30,132 nt of DNA from a bacterium (GTDB lineage Bacteria > Hinthialibacterota > Hinthialibacteria > Hinthialibacterales > Hinthialibacteraceae). Position numbers and translations under genes: made by a program. The notes beneath the pieces are model-generated. The model did not search any database and was not told where the DNA came from. It saw only the letters and a program-made list of their open reading frames with translations. Of this stretch, positions 9,296 to 19,935 are shown piece by piece (positions within the stretch are counted from its first letter, which is position 1; every line of letters starts with the position of its first letter). The DNA is taken from the NCBI GenBank assembly GCA_963662285.2, contig CAXXMV010000005.1:1-30132 (forward strand), in the 5' to 3' direction.

Positions 9296-9789
9296 ATCAG
9301 TGATTCAGCATTGCTTTCAAGGGCGCCTTCTTTGGCGTTCGCTGTCAGCCAATCGGGATGATAAGTTTTTGTGCGAATCATATAAACCTTATCAATAAAA
9401 TCCTGCTTTAACTTGGCGGAGGCAGGACTGCCAAGTACGCGCTTGATCTCTGAAGAAGCCATTTCATCAAAAAGCCGCGCAGAAAAGAGGATGTTGACCG
9501 GCTCATCCATAGAGTAGCGCTTAACCATAGCCGCCAAAGTGCCTTCATCTTCTGGAGCAAGGTCCAGAGATTTCATCTCGGATTCAAATTCTTTAAATTT
9601 TTTCCATTTTTTATAGCGGTAGGTGGAATAAATAGTAAGTAAAATCAACGTAACGATCCCACCTAATATGTAAACCAGAATGGTAGGATCAACATCTGAA
9701 CTTTTAAAAACGTCTACAGGCAGTCCCTGGGCTATAGCAACAGGAATATTTGATAATACAGAAGGAAGAATCTCCATCCACTCATGCAT
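9292..9789 (-). CDS. Hypothetical single-pass membrane protein
   Basis: 165-aa ORF with a TM segment (ILVYILGGIVTLILLTIY) followed by RYKKWKK. GGAG lies upstream of the ATG. Confidence 0.7.
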   Translation of the reverse strand: MHEWMEILPSVLSNIPVAIAQGLPVDVFKSSDVDPTILVYILGGIVTLILLTIYSTYRYKKWKKFKEFESEMKSLDLAPEDEGTLAAMVKRYSMDEPVNILFSARLFDEMASSEIKRVLGSPASAKLKQDFIDKVYMIRTKTYHPDWLTANAKEGALESNAESLI

Positions 9790-9938
9790 TGAGTATGGCT
9801 CTCCAATAGTTGGTGAATTCCCTCAAAATCCAACCCTGGCAAGCACAAAAAAAAACATAACATATTCGGACGCTTAATATTGTAATGTCCGATATAAAGC
9901 AAACAAGCCCTGATGATTAAATCGCATTATCCATGCAA

Positions 9939-10670
9939 TTATCCATCTATACCTAGAAGATCTCTTTGAGCTTTAATTATAGTCCTTATTCCATCATCGG
10001 CAACGGAGAGTAATTCATTTAGCTCTTTTGCATTAAATGTGTTATGTTCGGCGGATCCCTGTAATTCGACGAACTGACCGGACTCGGTTTTTACGACGTT
10101 AAAATCGACGTCTGCGACGCTATCTTCGCTATAATCCAGATCAAGGCAGACGCACCCTTCAACAATACCAACGCTAACGGCGCCAACCAGTTCGCTCATA
10201 GGAAATGAATCGATCAGTCTGTTTTTCAACATAAACTGGAGAGCGTCGTATAAAGCGACTGTGCATCCAGTAATTGATGCTGTTCGAGTACCACCGTCGG
10301 CTTGGAGGACGTCGCAATCCAGGTAGATGGTTCGTTCGCCAAGTTTAGTCAGATCGTTAACGCTGCGTAGAGAGCGACCGATAAGGCGTTGAATTTCTTG
10401 CGAGCGGCCACTGCTAGCACGTTCACGAGGGGTGCGTTTTTTGGTGGATTTAGGCAACATGGCATATTCAGCGGTAATCCAGCCTTGTCCTGATCCAATA
10501 AGAAATGGGGGGACGCGATCATCTATCGAGGCGGAACAGATGACTTTGGTTTGACCGAAACTGACAAGGCATGAACCTTCAGCATATTTTTGAAAGCCGC
10601 GTTCAAAGGATATTTCCCGCATTTGATTAACTGAACGGCCTTCGGAGCGAATAATAGTGGATTGTGACAT
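9939..10670 (-). CDS. rph: Ribonuclease PH
   Basis: AEGSCLVSFGQTKVIC, GWITAEYAMLP, GRSQEIQRLIGRSLR, DCDVLQADGGTRTASIT, LDLDYSEDS. The likely start is ATG 10670 after AGGA. Confidence 0.97.
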   Translation of the reverse strand: MSQSTIIRSEGRSVNQMREISFERGFQKYAEGSCLVSFGQTKVICSASIDDRVPPFLIGSGQGWITAEYAMLPKSTKKRTPRERASSGRSQEIQRLIGRSLRSVNDLTKLGERTIYLDCDVLQADGGTRTASITGCTVALYDALQFMLKNRLIDSFPMSELVGAVSVGIVEGCVCLDLDYSEDSVADVDFNVVKTESGQFVELQGSAEHNTFNAKELNELLSVADDGIRTIIKAQRDLLGIDG

Positions 10671-10714
10671 AAAATGTTTCCTATCTGCATGAATGGCGCA
10701 ATATATCAAGAATT

Positions 10715-13516
10715 TTAGTTTGTTTTAATAATAGTAGATTTCAAAAATTCTCCTGTATAGGAGCAAGATTGTTGAGCGACCGCTTCCGGCGTACCCTCTG
10801 CCACAATATTGCCGCCTTTATCACCGCCGCCCGGCCCCAAATCGATGATCCAGTCAGCGCATTTAATGACGTCCAGATTGTGTTCAATGACAATAACGGT
10901 ATTGCCCCGGTCGACTAATTCGTCTAATACGTGGAGCAGTTTTTTGATATCTTCAAAATGGAGACCGGTGGTTGGTTCATCGAGGATGTAGAGCGTATTG
11001 CCCGTATCGCGCCGGGAAAGTTCTTTGGCCAGTTTAACGCGCTGGGCTTCGCCGCCGGATAAAGTCGGCGCCGGTTGACCCAGGTGGATGTAATCAAGGC
11101 CGACCTGGCTGAGGGTTTGCAGGATGCGGGTGATACGGGAAAAATTCTCGAACACATCCAATGCATCCTTGATGGTGAGATCCAGGACATCGGCGATGGA
11201 GAGGCCATTGTATTTAACTTGCAGGGTTTCCCGGTTGAAGCGTTTGCCACCACAGACATCGCACGTTACATACACATCGGGCAGAAAATGCATTTCGATT
11301 CTGTTGACTCCATCACCGGAGCAGGCTTCGCATCGTCCGCCGGCCACATTGAAAGAAAAACGTCCCGGTTTATAGCCGCGCATTTTCGATTCAGGCAACT
11401 GTGAGAAAAGGGTGCGGATGGGATCGAAGGCTTTGACGTAGGTCGCGGGATTGGAGCGTGGCGTGCGGCCAATGGGCTTCTGATCAATATCGATCACTTT
11501 ATCGATATGTTCAGCGCCATTGATGGATTCGTGAGCGCCGGGCATAGCCTGGGCGCGGTGTAATTGGCGGCTCAACTGCTTGTAGAGTATTTCTGTGACC
11601 AAAGTGCTTTTACCCGAACCAGAGACGCCGGTTATGCAGGTGAAAACGCCTAAGGGCAGGCTTACGTTTATGTTTTTAAGATTATTCTCGCTTGCGCCAA
11701 CGATATCAATTTGATAACCGGTTCCCTCGCGGCGGAAATCAGGGATAGTGATTTCTTTTCGGCCAGACAGATAGGCGCCGGTGAGGGATTCAGTACTAGC
11801 TTTTACTTTAGCCAGAGAACCGGAGACGATGATATCGCCGCCTTCTCTTCCCGCTCCAGGACCGAAGTCAACTATGGTGTCCGCCGCTTCCATCATTTCG
11901 GCGTCATGCTCAACAACCAGCACCGTGTTCCCCAGGTCGCGCAGATGGATCAGGGTATCAATCAAGCGCTTGTTATCGCGCTGGTGAAGCCCGATGCTGG
12001 GTTCGTCTAAAACATAGAGTACGCCGACTAGGGCGCTGCCGATCTGACTGGCCAGGCGGATGCGTTGCGCTTCACCACCGGAAAGCGAAGGCGCCGCCCG
12101 GCTCATGGTGAGGTAATCAAGCCCGACATTGCGCAGGAACATCAAGCGGTCATGGATTTCTTTTAATACTGATCCGGCGATTTCTTCTTGTAGAGGGGTC
12201 AATTTGACGTTTTTGAAGAAATCAAAGGCGGAAGCGATATCCAAATCGGCAATTTGAGCGATGGATTTTCCGCCGAACCGAACCGCCAGAAACTCTGGAC
12301 GCAGGCGTCCTCCCTCGCAAGCATCGCATGGAACGCGGCGCATGTAGGTTTGTAGAATGTGATTGCGGAATCCTTCGGAGGTTGTTTGATGGAACCATTT
12401 TTCCAGAACCGGGATGATTCCCTTATAGGCGCCGGGCTTCTTCTTGTCGCCATAAAGCATAAGGTCTTTGGCGCGTTGAGTAAGTTTTTTCCATGGTTTA
12501 GTGATAGATATGCGATTCTGCTCTGCGAAAGTTTCCAGGTTGCTGCGTACTTTCTTGCCCCAGAAAGAATCTTTACCATTTTCGAATATATTTTTCCACG
12601 GCACGATAGCGCCGTCTATTATGGCGCTATCCTGGTCGGGAACGATCAAATCAGGATCGAGTTCCATTTTTCGCCCCAGTCCATGACATTCAGGACACAT
12701 GCCTAAGGGATGGTTGAAGGAAAAATGCTGGGGGGAAAGTTCACCAATGGAGAAGCCGCATTCGGGGCAGGCATTCTGAGTGCTGAACATACGGTCGGGT
12801 TTGCCCGGCGAAGAGACCAATAATACGCCGTCGCCTTGATTGAGCGCCAGTTCAACTGAATCGGCCAGACGGGATTGGATATCCGGTTTCATAATCAGGC
12901 GGTCAATCACCAACTCAATGCTATGAGCCATTTTTTTGTTGAGAGTGATTTTGCTATCCAACTCAACAATTTCGCCATTAATGCGCGCTCGAACAAAGCC
13001 GTCTTTTCTGGCGGTTTCGAGCAGGTCTTTGTATTCGCCTTTTCTCTCGCGAACCTTGGGCGCCAGTAAGATGAAACGGGTTCCTTCAGGCAATTCACTG
13101 ACCTGGTCGACGATTTGATCTAAAGATTGTGATGACAATGCTGTATCATGGATGGGGCAATGAGGCAGTCCGCACCGTGCCAGTAGTACGCGAAGGTAAT
13201 CGTATATTTCAGTTACGGTTCCCACGGTTGAGCGGGGATTCTTACTAGTGCTTTTTTGCTCGATGGAAATAGCGGGCGACAGGCCGCCGATGAAATCCAC
13301 TTTGGGTTTTTCCATCTGTCCGAGAAACTGCCGGGCGTAAGCGGATAGAGATTCAACATAGCGCCGCTGACCTTCTGCGTAAATTGTATCGAAGGCCAGT
13401 GATGATTTACCCGAACCGCTGACGCCGGTGAAGACGATCATTTTATCTCTGGGTAAATCAAGATCGATGTTTTTAAGATTATGTTCTTTCGCGCCGCGAA
13501 TGATAATTTTTTTCAT
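10715..13516 (-). CDS. uvrA: Excinuclease ABC subunit A
   Basis: [10 protein letters not shown], two GVSGSGKS Walker A motifs, LSGGEAQR twice, LDEP twice, CxxC zinc fingers, [13 protein letters not shown]. Confidence 0.99.
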   Translation of the reverse strand: MKKIIIRGAKEHNLKNIDLDLPRDKMIVFTGVSGSGKSSLAFDTIYAEGQRRYVESLSAYARQFLGQMEKPKVDFIGGLSPAISIEQKSTSKNPRSTVGTVTEIYDYLRVLLARCGLPHCPIHDTALSSQSLDQIVDQVSELPEGTRFILLAPKVRERKGEYKDLLETARKDGFVRARINGEIVELDSKITLNKKMAHSIELVIDRLIMKPDIQSRLADSVELALNQGDGVLLVSSPGKPDRMFSTQNACPECGFSIGELSPQHFSFNHPLGMCPECHGLGRKMELDPDLIVPDQDSAIIDGAIVPWKNIFENGKDSFWGKKVRSNLETFAEQNRISITKPWKKLTQRAKDLMLYGDKKKPGAYKGIIPVLEKWFHQTTSEGFRNHILQTYMRRVPCDACEGGRLRPEFLAVRFGGKSIAQIADLDIASAFDFFKNVKLTPLQEEIAGSVLKEIHDRLMFLRNVGLDYLTMSRAAPSLSGGEAQRIRLASQIGSALVGVLYVLDEPSIGLHQRDNKRLIDTLIHLRDLGNTVLVVEHDAEMMEAADTIVDFGPGAGREGGDIIVSGSLAKVKASTESLTGAYLSGRKEITIPDFRREGTGYQIDIVGASENNLKNINVSLPLGVFTCITGVSGSGKSTLVTEILYKQLSRQLHRAQAMPGAHESINGAEHIDKVIDIDQKPIGRTPRSNPATYVKAFDPIRTLFSQLPESKMRGYKPGRFSFNVAGGRCEACSGDGVNRIEMHFLPDVYVTCDVCGGKRFNRETLQVKYNGLSIADVLDLTIKDALDVFENFSRITRILQTLSQVGLDYIHLGQPAPTLSGGEAQRVKLAKELSRRDTGNTLYILDEPTTGLHFEDIKKLLHVLDELVDRGNTVIVIEHNLDVIKCADWIIDLGPGGGDKGGNIVAEGTPEAVAQQSCSYTGEFLKSTIIKTN

Positions 13517-13580
13517 TAATTATAATTTCTTCCAGATATTGATTTCGAGCGATGACCGGAAACTCAGTTTATGTAAAGAT

Positions 13581-13625
13581 GGTTTCGGAAACCGTAAAAA
13601 CATTGGCTTTTATGAAAAGCCAATG
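13581..13625. repeat. Two adjacent palindromes upstream of uvrA
   Basis: GGTTTC-G-GAAACC (13581-13593) and a perfect 11-bp inverted repeat CATTGGCTTTT-ATG-AAAAGCCAATG (13601-13625). Confidence 0.7.
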
Positions 13626-14048
13626 CGATAATCAACCAACCAATTATTTCGTATTCTAATGAACATGTTTTCAATAATCTATTATGACACAAGATTATTC
13701 TTAATGAAGAGTTTGAGATTTTAATAGAGTTATTATGAAAACAAGATAGATCGAATCATAAATAGGTTTGCTATGTCCGAAACCCCCTTACTGTTTCCAA
13801 TATCGGCTTTTTGCTCATGAGCATGACATTTCGACTTTGCTGTTAGATCCTGATATTTTTGCTTTTAGGGAACACGAAATTAGTGAATTTCTTGACTAAA
13901 CCAATCATGTTGACTAGAATAAATGAGTAACATTTCAAGATTTCGGAAGAGGATTCACCCACCGTGAATTGAACCAATAGCGATTCTCTCATCTTCGCAG
14001 TAATAAAGAGGAGATAAATGAAAATAATAAAGTACAAGGGGGAATAGA

Positions 14049-15650
14049 ATGTACAGTACAACTCAACAACGTATTCTCTTTATTGTGCTTCCCTACCTTG
14101 TAGAGAGAAAAGAAGCGAAGAATGCTAAAACCAGAAGTTATAAAGCCTTTCCATATGGCGTACTTTCGATTGCCACTTATTTGAAGAAATCTGCAATTAA
14201 AGAAGTAGAAATTAGAGTTATTGATTGTAACTTATATGATCAAGAGCAATATATAAAAAACATAAAACTTGCATTACTTAATTTAAAACCTGACATCGTG
14301 GGTTTGGCAATGATGTATGACAATTCGTATAAGCATCTTGAGGAAATTTCGGGAATTATAAAAGAAAACAATGAAAAAACTGTTGTAGTAGTTGGTGGAG
14401 CTGGTGCAACTTCTTCATATGATATCATAATAAATGAACAGGATAATCTTGATGGGATTTGTTATTCAGAAGGAGAAATCCCCTTTTTAAACCTTGTTAA
14501 CAGCGGAAATTTTCTTGAATTTTTAGAAACTGATCTGTCGTGGATTACTAAGAATTCTTTTAAAAAAGGAAAATGCCCCCAAACATCATTTGTTCAAAAC
14601 CTAGATGAAGTCATAAATCTAGATTATGATTTTATAGATATTAATAACTATCAAATGAAGGAAGGTTTTTCTCCATATAGTAAAAAAATAAAAGAGAAAA
14701 AGCAATATTTCCTAGTGACAACACGCGGTTGCCCTTATGAATGTGTTTTTTGCTCAAGTCCTAATATCCACGGTAAAAAAATTCGCTATGCAAGCATTGA
14801 TAGCATAATTAAGCATATCGAATATCTTGTATCAAACTATGGCATGAATGTTTTAACAATAACTGATGATCAGTTGTTGTCTAATAAAAGACGAGCGAAG
14901 GAACTCTTTAAACAACTAGCCCAATTTAATCTACGGATTGAATGTATCAATGGTTTGTCAGTTGCGTTCATTGATGATGAAATGGCAGGTCTTATGAAAT
15001 CTGCAGGAATGGACACAGCAGTATTAGCCATTGAATCAGGCTCAGATTATATACTTAAAAATATCATACATAAACCATTAAAACTTGAAATGGTAAAACC
15101 AGTTGTACAAATCCTTAGAAAGCATGGTTTTTTTATTGAAGGACTTTTTGTAATTGGATTACCTGGTGAAAGGGAAGAGCATAGAGAGGAAACGGTTAAC
15201 TTTATTAGAAATGCGGAATTAGATTGGAGTGTCTTTAGTATTGCCACCCCATTGAAGGGGAGCAAACTGTATGATATTTGTATAGAGAATGGATATATAC
15301 GGAAAGATTTGAAAATAGGTGAAATTGAGATAGATAAATACATTATTACTACCCCTGATTTAGATCCGAAATATATAACAAAACAGACTTATCTTATGAA
15401 CTTAGATGCGAATTTTGTTAATAATCATGGAATGAAAAGGGGAAACTATGAGCAAGCTGCAAACTGTTTTCAACAGGTTATCGAGGGATATGCAAATCAC
15501 GCTTTTGCATATTATTATCTCGCAAAAGCACAGGAATCTATGAATGAAAATCCTGAAATTATAAAGATGAATCTTGATGCATTTCATAAAATAATTAATG
15601 AAGATGCTACATGGAAAGAGTATGCTAAATACTTCAAATTGAATCACTAG
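14049..15650 (+). CDS. Cobalamin-binding radical SAM protein (class B-like) with a C-terminal TPR-like segment
   Basis: PYGVLSIATYL, KPDIVGL, VVVGG, SEGE, TTRGCPYECVFC, IESGS, FVIGLPGE, ATPLKGSKLY. C-terminal YEQAANCFQQVI..HAFAYYYLAKA. Strongly AT-rich. Confidence 0.92.
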   Translation: MYSTTQQRILFIVLPYLVERKEAKNAKTRSYKAFPYGVLSIATYLKKSAIKEVEIRVIDCNLYDQEQYIKNIKLALLNLKPDIVGLAMMYDNSYKHLEEISGIIKENNEKTVVVVGGAGATSSYDIIINEQDNLDGICYSEGEIPFLNLVNSGNFLEFLETDLSWITKNSFKKGKCPQTSFVQNLDEVINLDYDFIDINNYQMKEGFSPYSKKIKEKKQYFLVTTRGCPYECVFCSSPNIHGKKIRYASIDSIIKHIEYLVSNYGMNVLTITDDQLLSNKRRAKELFKQLAQFNLRIECINGLSVAFIDDEMAGLMKSAGMDTAVLAIESGSDYILKNIIHKPLKLEMVKPVVQILRKHGFFIEGLFVIGLPGEREEHREETVNFIRNAELDWSVFSIATPLKGSKLYDICIENGYIRKDLKIGEIEIDKYIITTPDLDPKYITKQTYLMNLDANFVNNHGMKRGNYEQAANCFQQVIEGYANHAFAYYYLAKAQESMNENPEIIKMNLDAFHKIINEDATWKEYAKYFKLNH

Positions 15651-16450
15651 GAATACAGCAAATATAAATAGCGCTATTTTTTCTTTTACACATTAAGTAT
15701 TGGATTTTCGTTAACTGCAATCTATTCAGGAATTTTCGCTCGATTTCATCAATTGTCTTAATGTCAGTCGTGTGAAGAGATGTTTCTGTAAAATCACAAA
15801 ATAGGATTCGATAAGATTAAGCCAGGAACTATTTACAGGCGTCTAATAAACCTTCAAAAGACACCTTGATTTTGTCGGGAGTTCCTGAAGCGCCTTATTA
15901 TTTGTATTTAGGTTATCCACAAAAAGATGTGTAGGGCCTGTAGACCAATATTCCAATAAATAATTCTCTCAAAATTCTCGTGCAATAGTTGTTGGTTTTG
16001 AATTATATCCATTTCCGATTGTGAGGAGAACAGTATAGAGTCATTGCAATGTACAATTTCTTTTATAGCGATCCGGGATTTTTACCCAAGATTTTCCTCC
16101 CCGTTGGATTATTTGCAAAGGCCTTATTTCGTCGGGAACAGACAACATGACCACGTTTGACTGGATTTCGATAAACTGTAATGAAGGCGTTTTTTTTGCT
16201 CAAATTCAGTATCTTTACTTTAGTATCATGTTTGCCCACAAGACTTGGACAGCGCCCAAGGAAGATTCCCTCTGTATTACACCTGACCACTAACTTAACA
16301 ACGGTCATGATAAAAACATTAATACGAAAGTTCAATAAAATGATTAAGTTATAGCAGTTTTAGATTTACCCTTTTTATGTTATCTTAATTTATACGTTTT
16401 ACTAAAGAGTATATACACGATTATAGAACATCAATAAAAGTTTGTGCGAT

Positions 16451-17398
16451 ATGATTGATCTGATATTTTTTAAGTCCCTGTTCCCGATTACAGTAGTATT
16501 GATCGGGATAATTATGGGACGGATGCTGGAACGTCTGGATGATCGTTCGATATCTGCGGCTTGCCTGTTCGCGTTTGCTCCAGCTATGTTGTTCCGTCAT
16601 GCCTCCAGCCAAATCGCTTTTTCTTATGAATTTGTATTTATCCTGTTTTTTATATTATTTCATACAACAGCCATATTTTTGATCGCTTATAAGGCTTTTC
16701 AATTTTTAGATGTTTCCCCCCGAATACACCGCTTATTTTTATTAACTACAGTTATCATTTCCATTTTTGGATTAAGGCGGATACAGCCGCTGCTGGGTGG
16801 ACCAGAGGCGGTCCAAACAGTCAATATGATAATATTCTATCATATGCTGGTGGTAGCTGTGCTGGGTTTTTACCTTAGCAGAGATGACCGTAAAGATTCC
16901 GGCGGGATTTCTATGGTGTTATGTTCGCCTTTTATTTATGCGCTTGGCGCAGGATTGATTTTTGCGGTCAGCAAGATTGAGATGCCATACCTGGTTCTGG
17001 AATCAATTGACTCGCTGCATAATGTTACGATACCATTATCGCTTCTTTTACTTGGCGTTGTCTTAGGCAAGTATGTTTTCCTGGTGGAGATGGTGGATTA
17101 CGCAGTTCTTATACCCGGATTAGCCATAGTGATATTCTTCCGTATGATATTGTCTCCGGCGCTGGCCATGCTGCTGGCTCCGCGGGTTATTATGGAGAAT
17201 GTTGAATTGCAAAGAGCATTAATCTACTCAAGCGGAGTTCCCACCGGTCTTTTTGCGGTAGCGCTGGTCTGTTTTTATGGCAAGCAGAACGAAAAACGTT
17301 TTGTCGCCCTATGCGTTGTGCTGTCCACCGTAGTGCATTACGTCACCCTTCCGATACTGACCTTCCTGATAAACCGCTGGTTTCCGGTTGAGGGTTGA
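16451..17398 (+). CDS. AEC (auxin efflux carrier / Mem_trans) family permease
   Basis: About 10 TM segments, FAPAMLF, SPFIYAL, IPLSLLLLG, RMILSPAL, GVPTG, VVLSTVVHYVTLP. Confidence 0.8.
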   Translation: MIDLIFFKSLFPITVVLIGIIMGRMLERLDDRSISAACLFAFAPAMLFRHASSQIAFSYEFVFILFFILFHTTAIFLIAYKAFQFLDVSPRIHRLFLLTTVIISIFGLRRIQPLLGGPEAVQTVNMIIFYHMLVVAVLGFYLSRDDRKDSGGISMVLCSPFIYALGAGLIFAVSKIEMPYLVLESIDSLHNVTIPLSLLLLGVVLGKYVFLVEMVDYAVLIPGLAIVIFFRMILSPALAMLLAPRVIMENVELQRALIYSSGVPTGLFAVALVCFYGKQNEKRFVALCVVLSTVVHYVTLPILTFLINRWFPVEG

Positions 17399-17427
17399 GT
17401 TTATCAAGCAATTTCGAGCCGTCTTTT

Positions 17428-19422
17428 TTAATGGATTACATTCGGCAAATTTAATCTTGCTGACCATTCCGACCAACCTGCATCATACCATAAGACGTTG
17501 TTGTAACCTAAGATATGCTTTAAGATAAAAAATGTTTGACTGGCTTGGTGTCCAGTACGGCAATAAACGATGACAGTAGAATCTTTATCAGGAATCAGTT
17601 CGTTATATACTTTTTGTAATTCTGGAATTGGTTTGAAATCTCCAAATGAATCAGTTACTAAAGTATCCTCTGTATAAGGTCGATTAAGAGCGTTGGGAAT
17701 ATGGCCGGCGCGCGCTTCGTTGGACTTTTGCCCATTATAATAATCAGCGGGTCTAGCATCAATAATTACGAATTTTTTGTTGATCGATGCTTTCAGCACA
17801 TATTCCGCATTAACGGTGAATGTATCTGCGGTCGGATTATCCGGATAGACGGATGATGCTATATCGGGTAATTGATTTGTAGTGGACCTTTTTTCCGCAA
17901 ACCACTTGGGATATCCACCACGAAGGAGTCCATATTTCCTATGGCCAAGTCTTTCAAAGGCCATGCCGATAAGAGTTGCATCTCGAAGACTATCTCCATA
18001 AACCAAGACAACAATATCATCAGGGCGTAATCCAATTAAAGAGAAATGACTGACCAGAACATTAGAGGGCAATAGCATAGATGAAATTCCTCTAACCACA
18101 CCCCTTATGCTTTCTGCTGATAAACAGACCGATTGGGGAATATGTGCGGTATTGTAATCTTGTTGTGGACGAACATCTATAATTTTGACATTCTGACGAT
18201 CAAGATTTTTTTCCAACCATTCTGTTTCAATCATTCCCGGCATAGGGAATGATTCATTATTCGCTATATCACGGTTTGTTTGAGATATGGTCTGTGTTTG
18301 ATAAATAAAAAATTGCCGCCATTTAAGTATTTTGGATTTCATAAAACCGGAAACCGGTTCAGAGTGGAGAGAGGCTGGTTTTAAGCACCGATCACGAAAA
18401 CCGTTGAGACCATCTGTGAGATGGAAAACATTCTTATAGCCCATCCGCGTCAGAGCATCTCGCGCCTGCGCAGGGTGAGTCATGCCATTGGAGTACAAAA
18501 TAATAGTATATAAACCGTTGTATGGAGATAAGAAAGCATTCAATTCCGTAATCGGGCAAAACACTGCGCCACGGATATGAAAGGCCTGATATTCTTGTGG
18601 GGTGCGAACGTCAACGACTAAGAGGGAGGAATCTCCATTCATAAGGCGATCAGCTAAATCTTCAGGTTCAAAATGATCTTGCGCTGTTTCGATGTCTTGC
18701 AAAAGAGTTTGCTCGAAAGCGGTTGAGGAAAAGGCTGGAATCACACTATTGGCAACAGGAATATAGGCATATCCTGCAGCGGTGATAATGCATAAGAATG
18801 AAAAAATTATCAAGAAAGGTGATCTTAAGTATTGCCCTCCGTATCCTTTAATTCGCTCAATATATTCACTTCCCCAAAAAGATAGTATTGCAACAATACT
18901 GATTATGAAAACAAGGGCGGATTTTGAAAGAGAAACCGAGTCAAAAAGAAATTGGACTCCATTATCACCCCAAAGATAAAGAGATTGTATGGAAAGATAT
19001 ACTTCATTAAAGAATACTGAACCCAATATGGTTCCGATTAAAAAAAGTAAAGCGTCGATTTTGCCAGAGGCTAAACCGGTGGTGGCAGTTCCAGGACACC
19101 AGCCTCCCATAACAAAACCGATTCCAAATATCAATCCTCCTACTATTTGGGCGCCATAGATGCTTGGCAAGATGTATAAGGAATTGAGTTCAATCAATCC
19201 CAAACCTTCGGCATAAGCTAATCCCAGCATACCGACAATCAGAGCTGAAAACATGACTTTAAGGACGGACATGTCGCGGAAATAGAAAATACTTGACAGT
19301 TTGCGCGAGCTGCCAAATCCCGCTTGTTCCAGAAAGATGCCGAAGAATAATCCAATCAGCAATGATATCCAAAAGGCTTGAGTTGTGTCGAGAGTATTTA
19401 GGCTAAAAAATGTGTCAATCAT
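17428..19422 (-). CDS. YeeE/YedE (TsuA-like) sulfur transporter half-domain fused to three rhodanese domains
   Basis: LEQAGFGSSRKL, FYFRDMSVLKVMF, GGWCPGT. Then VVDVR..YQAFHIRGA (Cys-less loop YSNGMTH) and an SseA/TST-like tandem ending GHIPNA...YCRTGHQA...YDAGWSEW. Confidence 0.92.
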   Translation of the reverse strand: MIDTFFSLNTLDTTQAFWISLLIGLFFGIFLEQAGFGSSRKLSSIFYFRDMSVLKVMFSALIVGMLGLAYAEGLGLIELNSLYILPSIYGAQIVGGLIFGIGFVMGGWCPGTATTGLASGKIDALLFLIGTILGSVFFNEVYLSIQSLYLWGDNGVQFLFDSVSLSKSALVFIISIVAILSFWGSEYIERIKGYGGQYLRSPFLIIFSFLCIITAAGYAYIPVANSVIPAFSSTAFEQTLLQDIETAQDHFEPEDLADRLMNGDSSLLVVDVRTPQEYQAFHIRGAVFCPITELNAFLSPYNGLYTIILYSNGMTHPAQARDALTRMGYKNVFHLTDGLNGFRDRCLKPASLHSEPVSGFMKSKILKWRQFFIYQTQTISQTNRDIANNESFPMPGMIETEWLEKNLDRQNVKIIDVRPQQDYNTAHIPQSVCLSAESIRGVVRGISSMLLPSNVLVSHFSLIGLRPDDIVVLVYGDSLRDATLIGMAFERLGHRKYGLLRGGYPKWFAEKRSTTNQLPDIASSVYPDNPTADTFTVNAEYVLKASINKKFVIIDARPADYYNGQKSNEARAGHIPNALNRPYTEDTLVTDSFGDFKPIPELQKVYNELIPDKDSTVIVYCRTGHQASQTFFILKHILGYNNVLWYDAGWSEWSARLNLPNVIH

Positions 19423-19933
19423 TCCATTGCCCCCTTACGAAAAATGCCATGGCATATCCACCAACAAAAACGAACAATAAAAACAAGAGACTGCCATTGA
19501 GAAGAAGAACACCTCCACTCAGAGCCTGACCTGATGTACATCCCTGAGCAAGTCGGCTCGCAAATCCCACGAGAAAACCACCAATTAGAACGATGATAGT
19601 ACGCTTAAATTTTGAACAAGATTGTCCTCTTTCAAAAAAGAGTTGGAAGCGTTTTGAAAATAGAGCTGAAATAAAACTCCCGGAAAGCACGCCGATTAAC
19701 ATGAAAACAAGATAATAATTTAAGGGATTATCTCCCCACTTTCCAAAATATTCCGAAGAAGATACATGGGATTCGAAGATAGAGCGTTCCAGGAAAGCGG
19801 CAAGTCGAGCAATACCACCGGAAGCGCCCAAACCAGTGCCCAATACCAAGTATGAGGCGAATAGGGTTATGCCAAGGCCTACTCCAGCGAGATAGGGATT
19901 TAAATACTTTTTATCTTTCCATTTTTCATTCAT
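19415..19933 (-). CDS. YeeE/YedE (TsuA-like) sulfur transporter half-domain protein
   Basis: NPYLAGVGLG, GLGASG, GFASRLAQGCTSGQALSG. 8-bp overlap with the downstream gene; ATG 19933 lies 2 bp after the upstream stop. Confidence 0.92.
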   Translation of the reverse strand: MNEKWKDKKYLNPYLAGVGLGITLFASYLVLGTGLGASGGIARLAAFLERSIFESHVSSSEYFGKWGDNPLNYYLVFMLIGVLSGSFISALFSKRFQLFFERGQSCSKFKRTIIVLIGGFLVGFASRLAQGCTSGQALSGGVLLLNGSLLFLLFVFVGGYAMAFFVRGQWND

Positions 19934-19935
19934 GA

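Noticed and set aside
13770-13956. Possible MITE bounded by TCCGAAA / TTTCGGA
   Set aside because: Only a 7-bp inverted match, with no second copy or target duplication.
13640-14048. Cobalamin riboswitch upstream of the B12 radical SAM gene
   Set aside because: I could not find the conserved GGGAA...GCCACTG / B12-box elements.
15913-15921. Perfect DnaA box TTATCCACA in an AT-rich intergenic region (oriC?)
   Set aside because: Single box; I saw no cluster and no dnaA/dnaN/gidA context.
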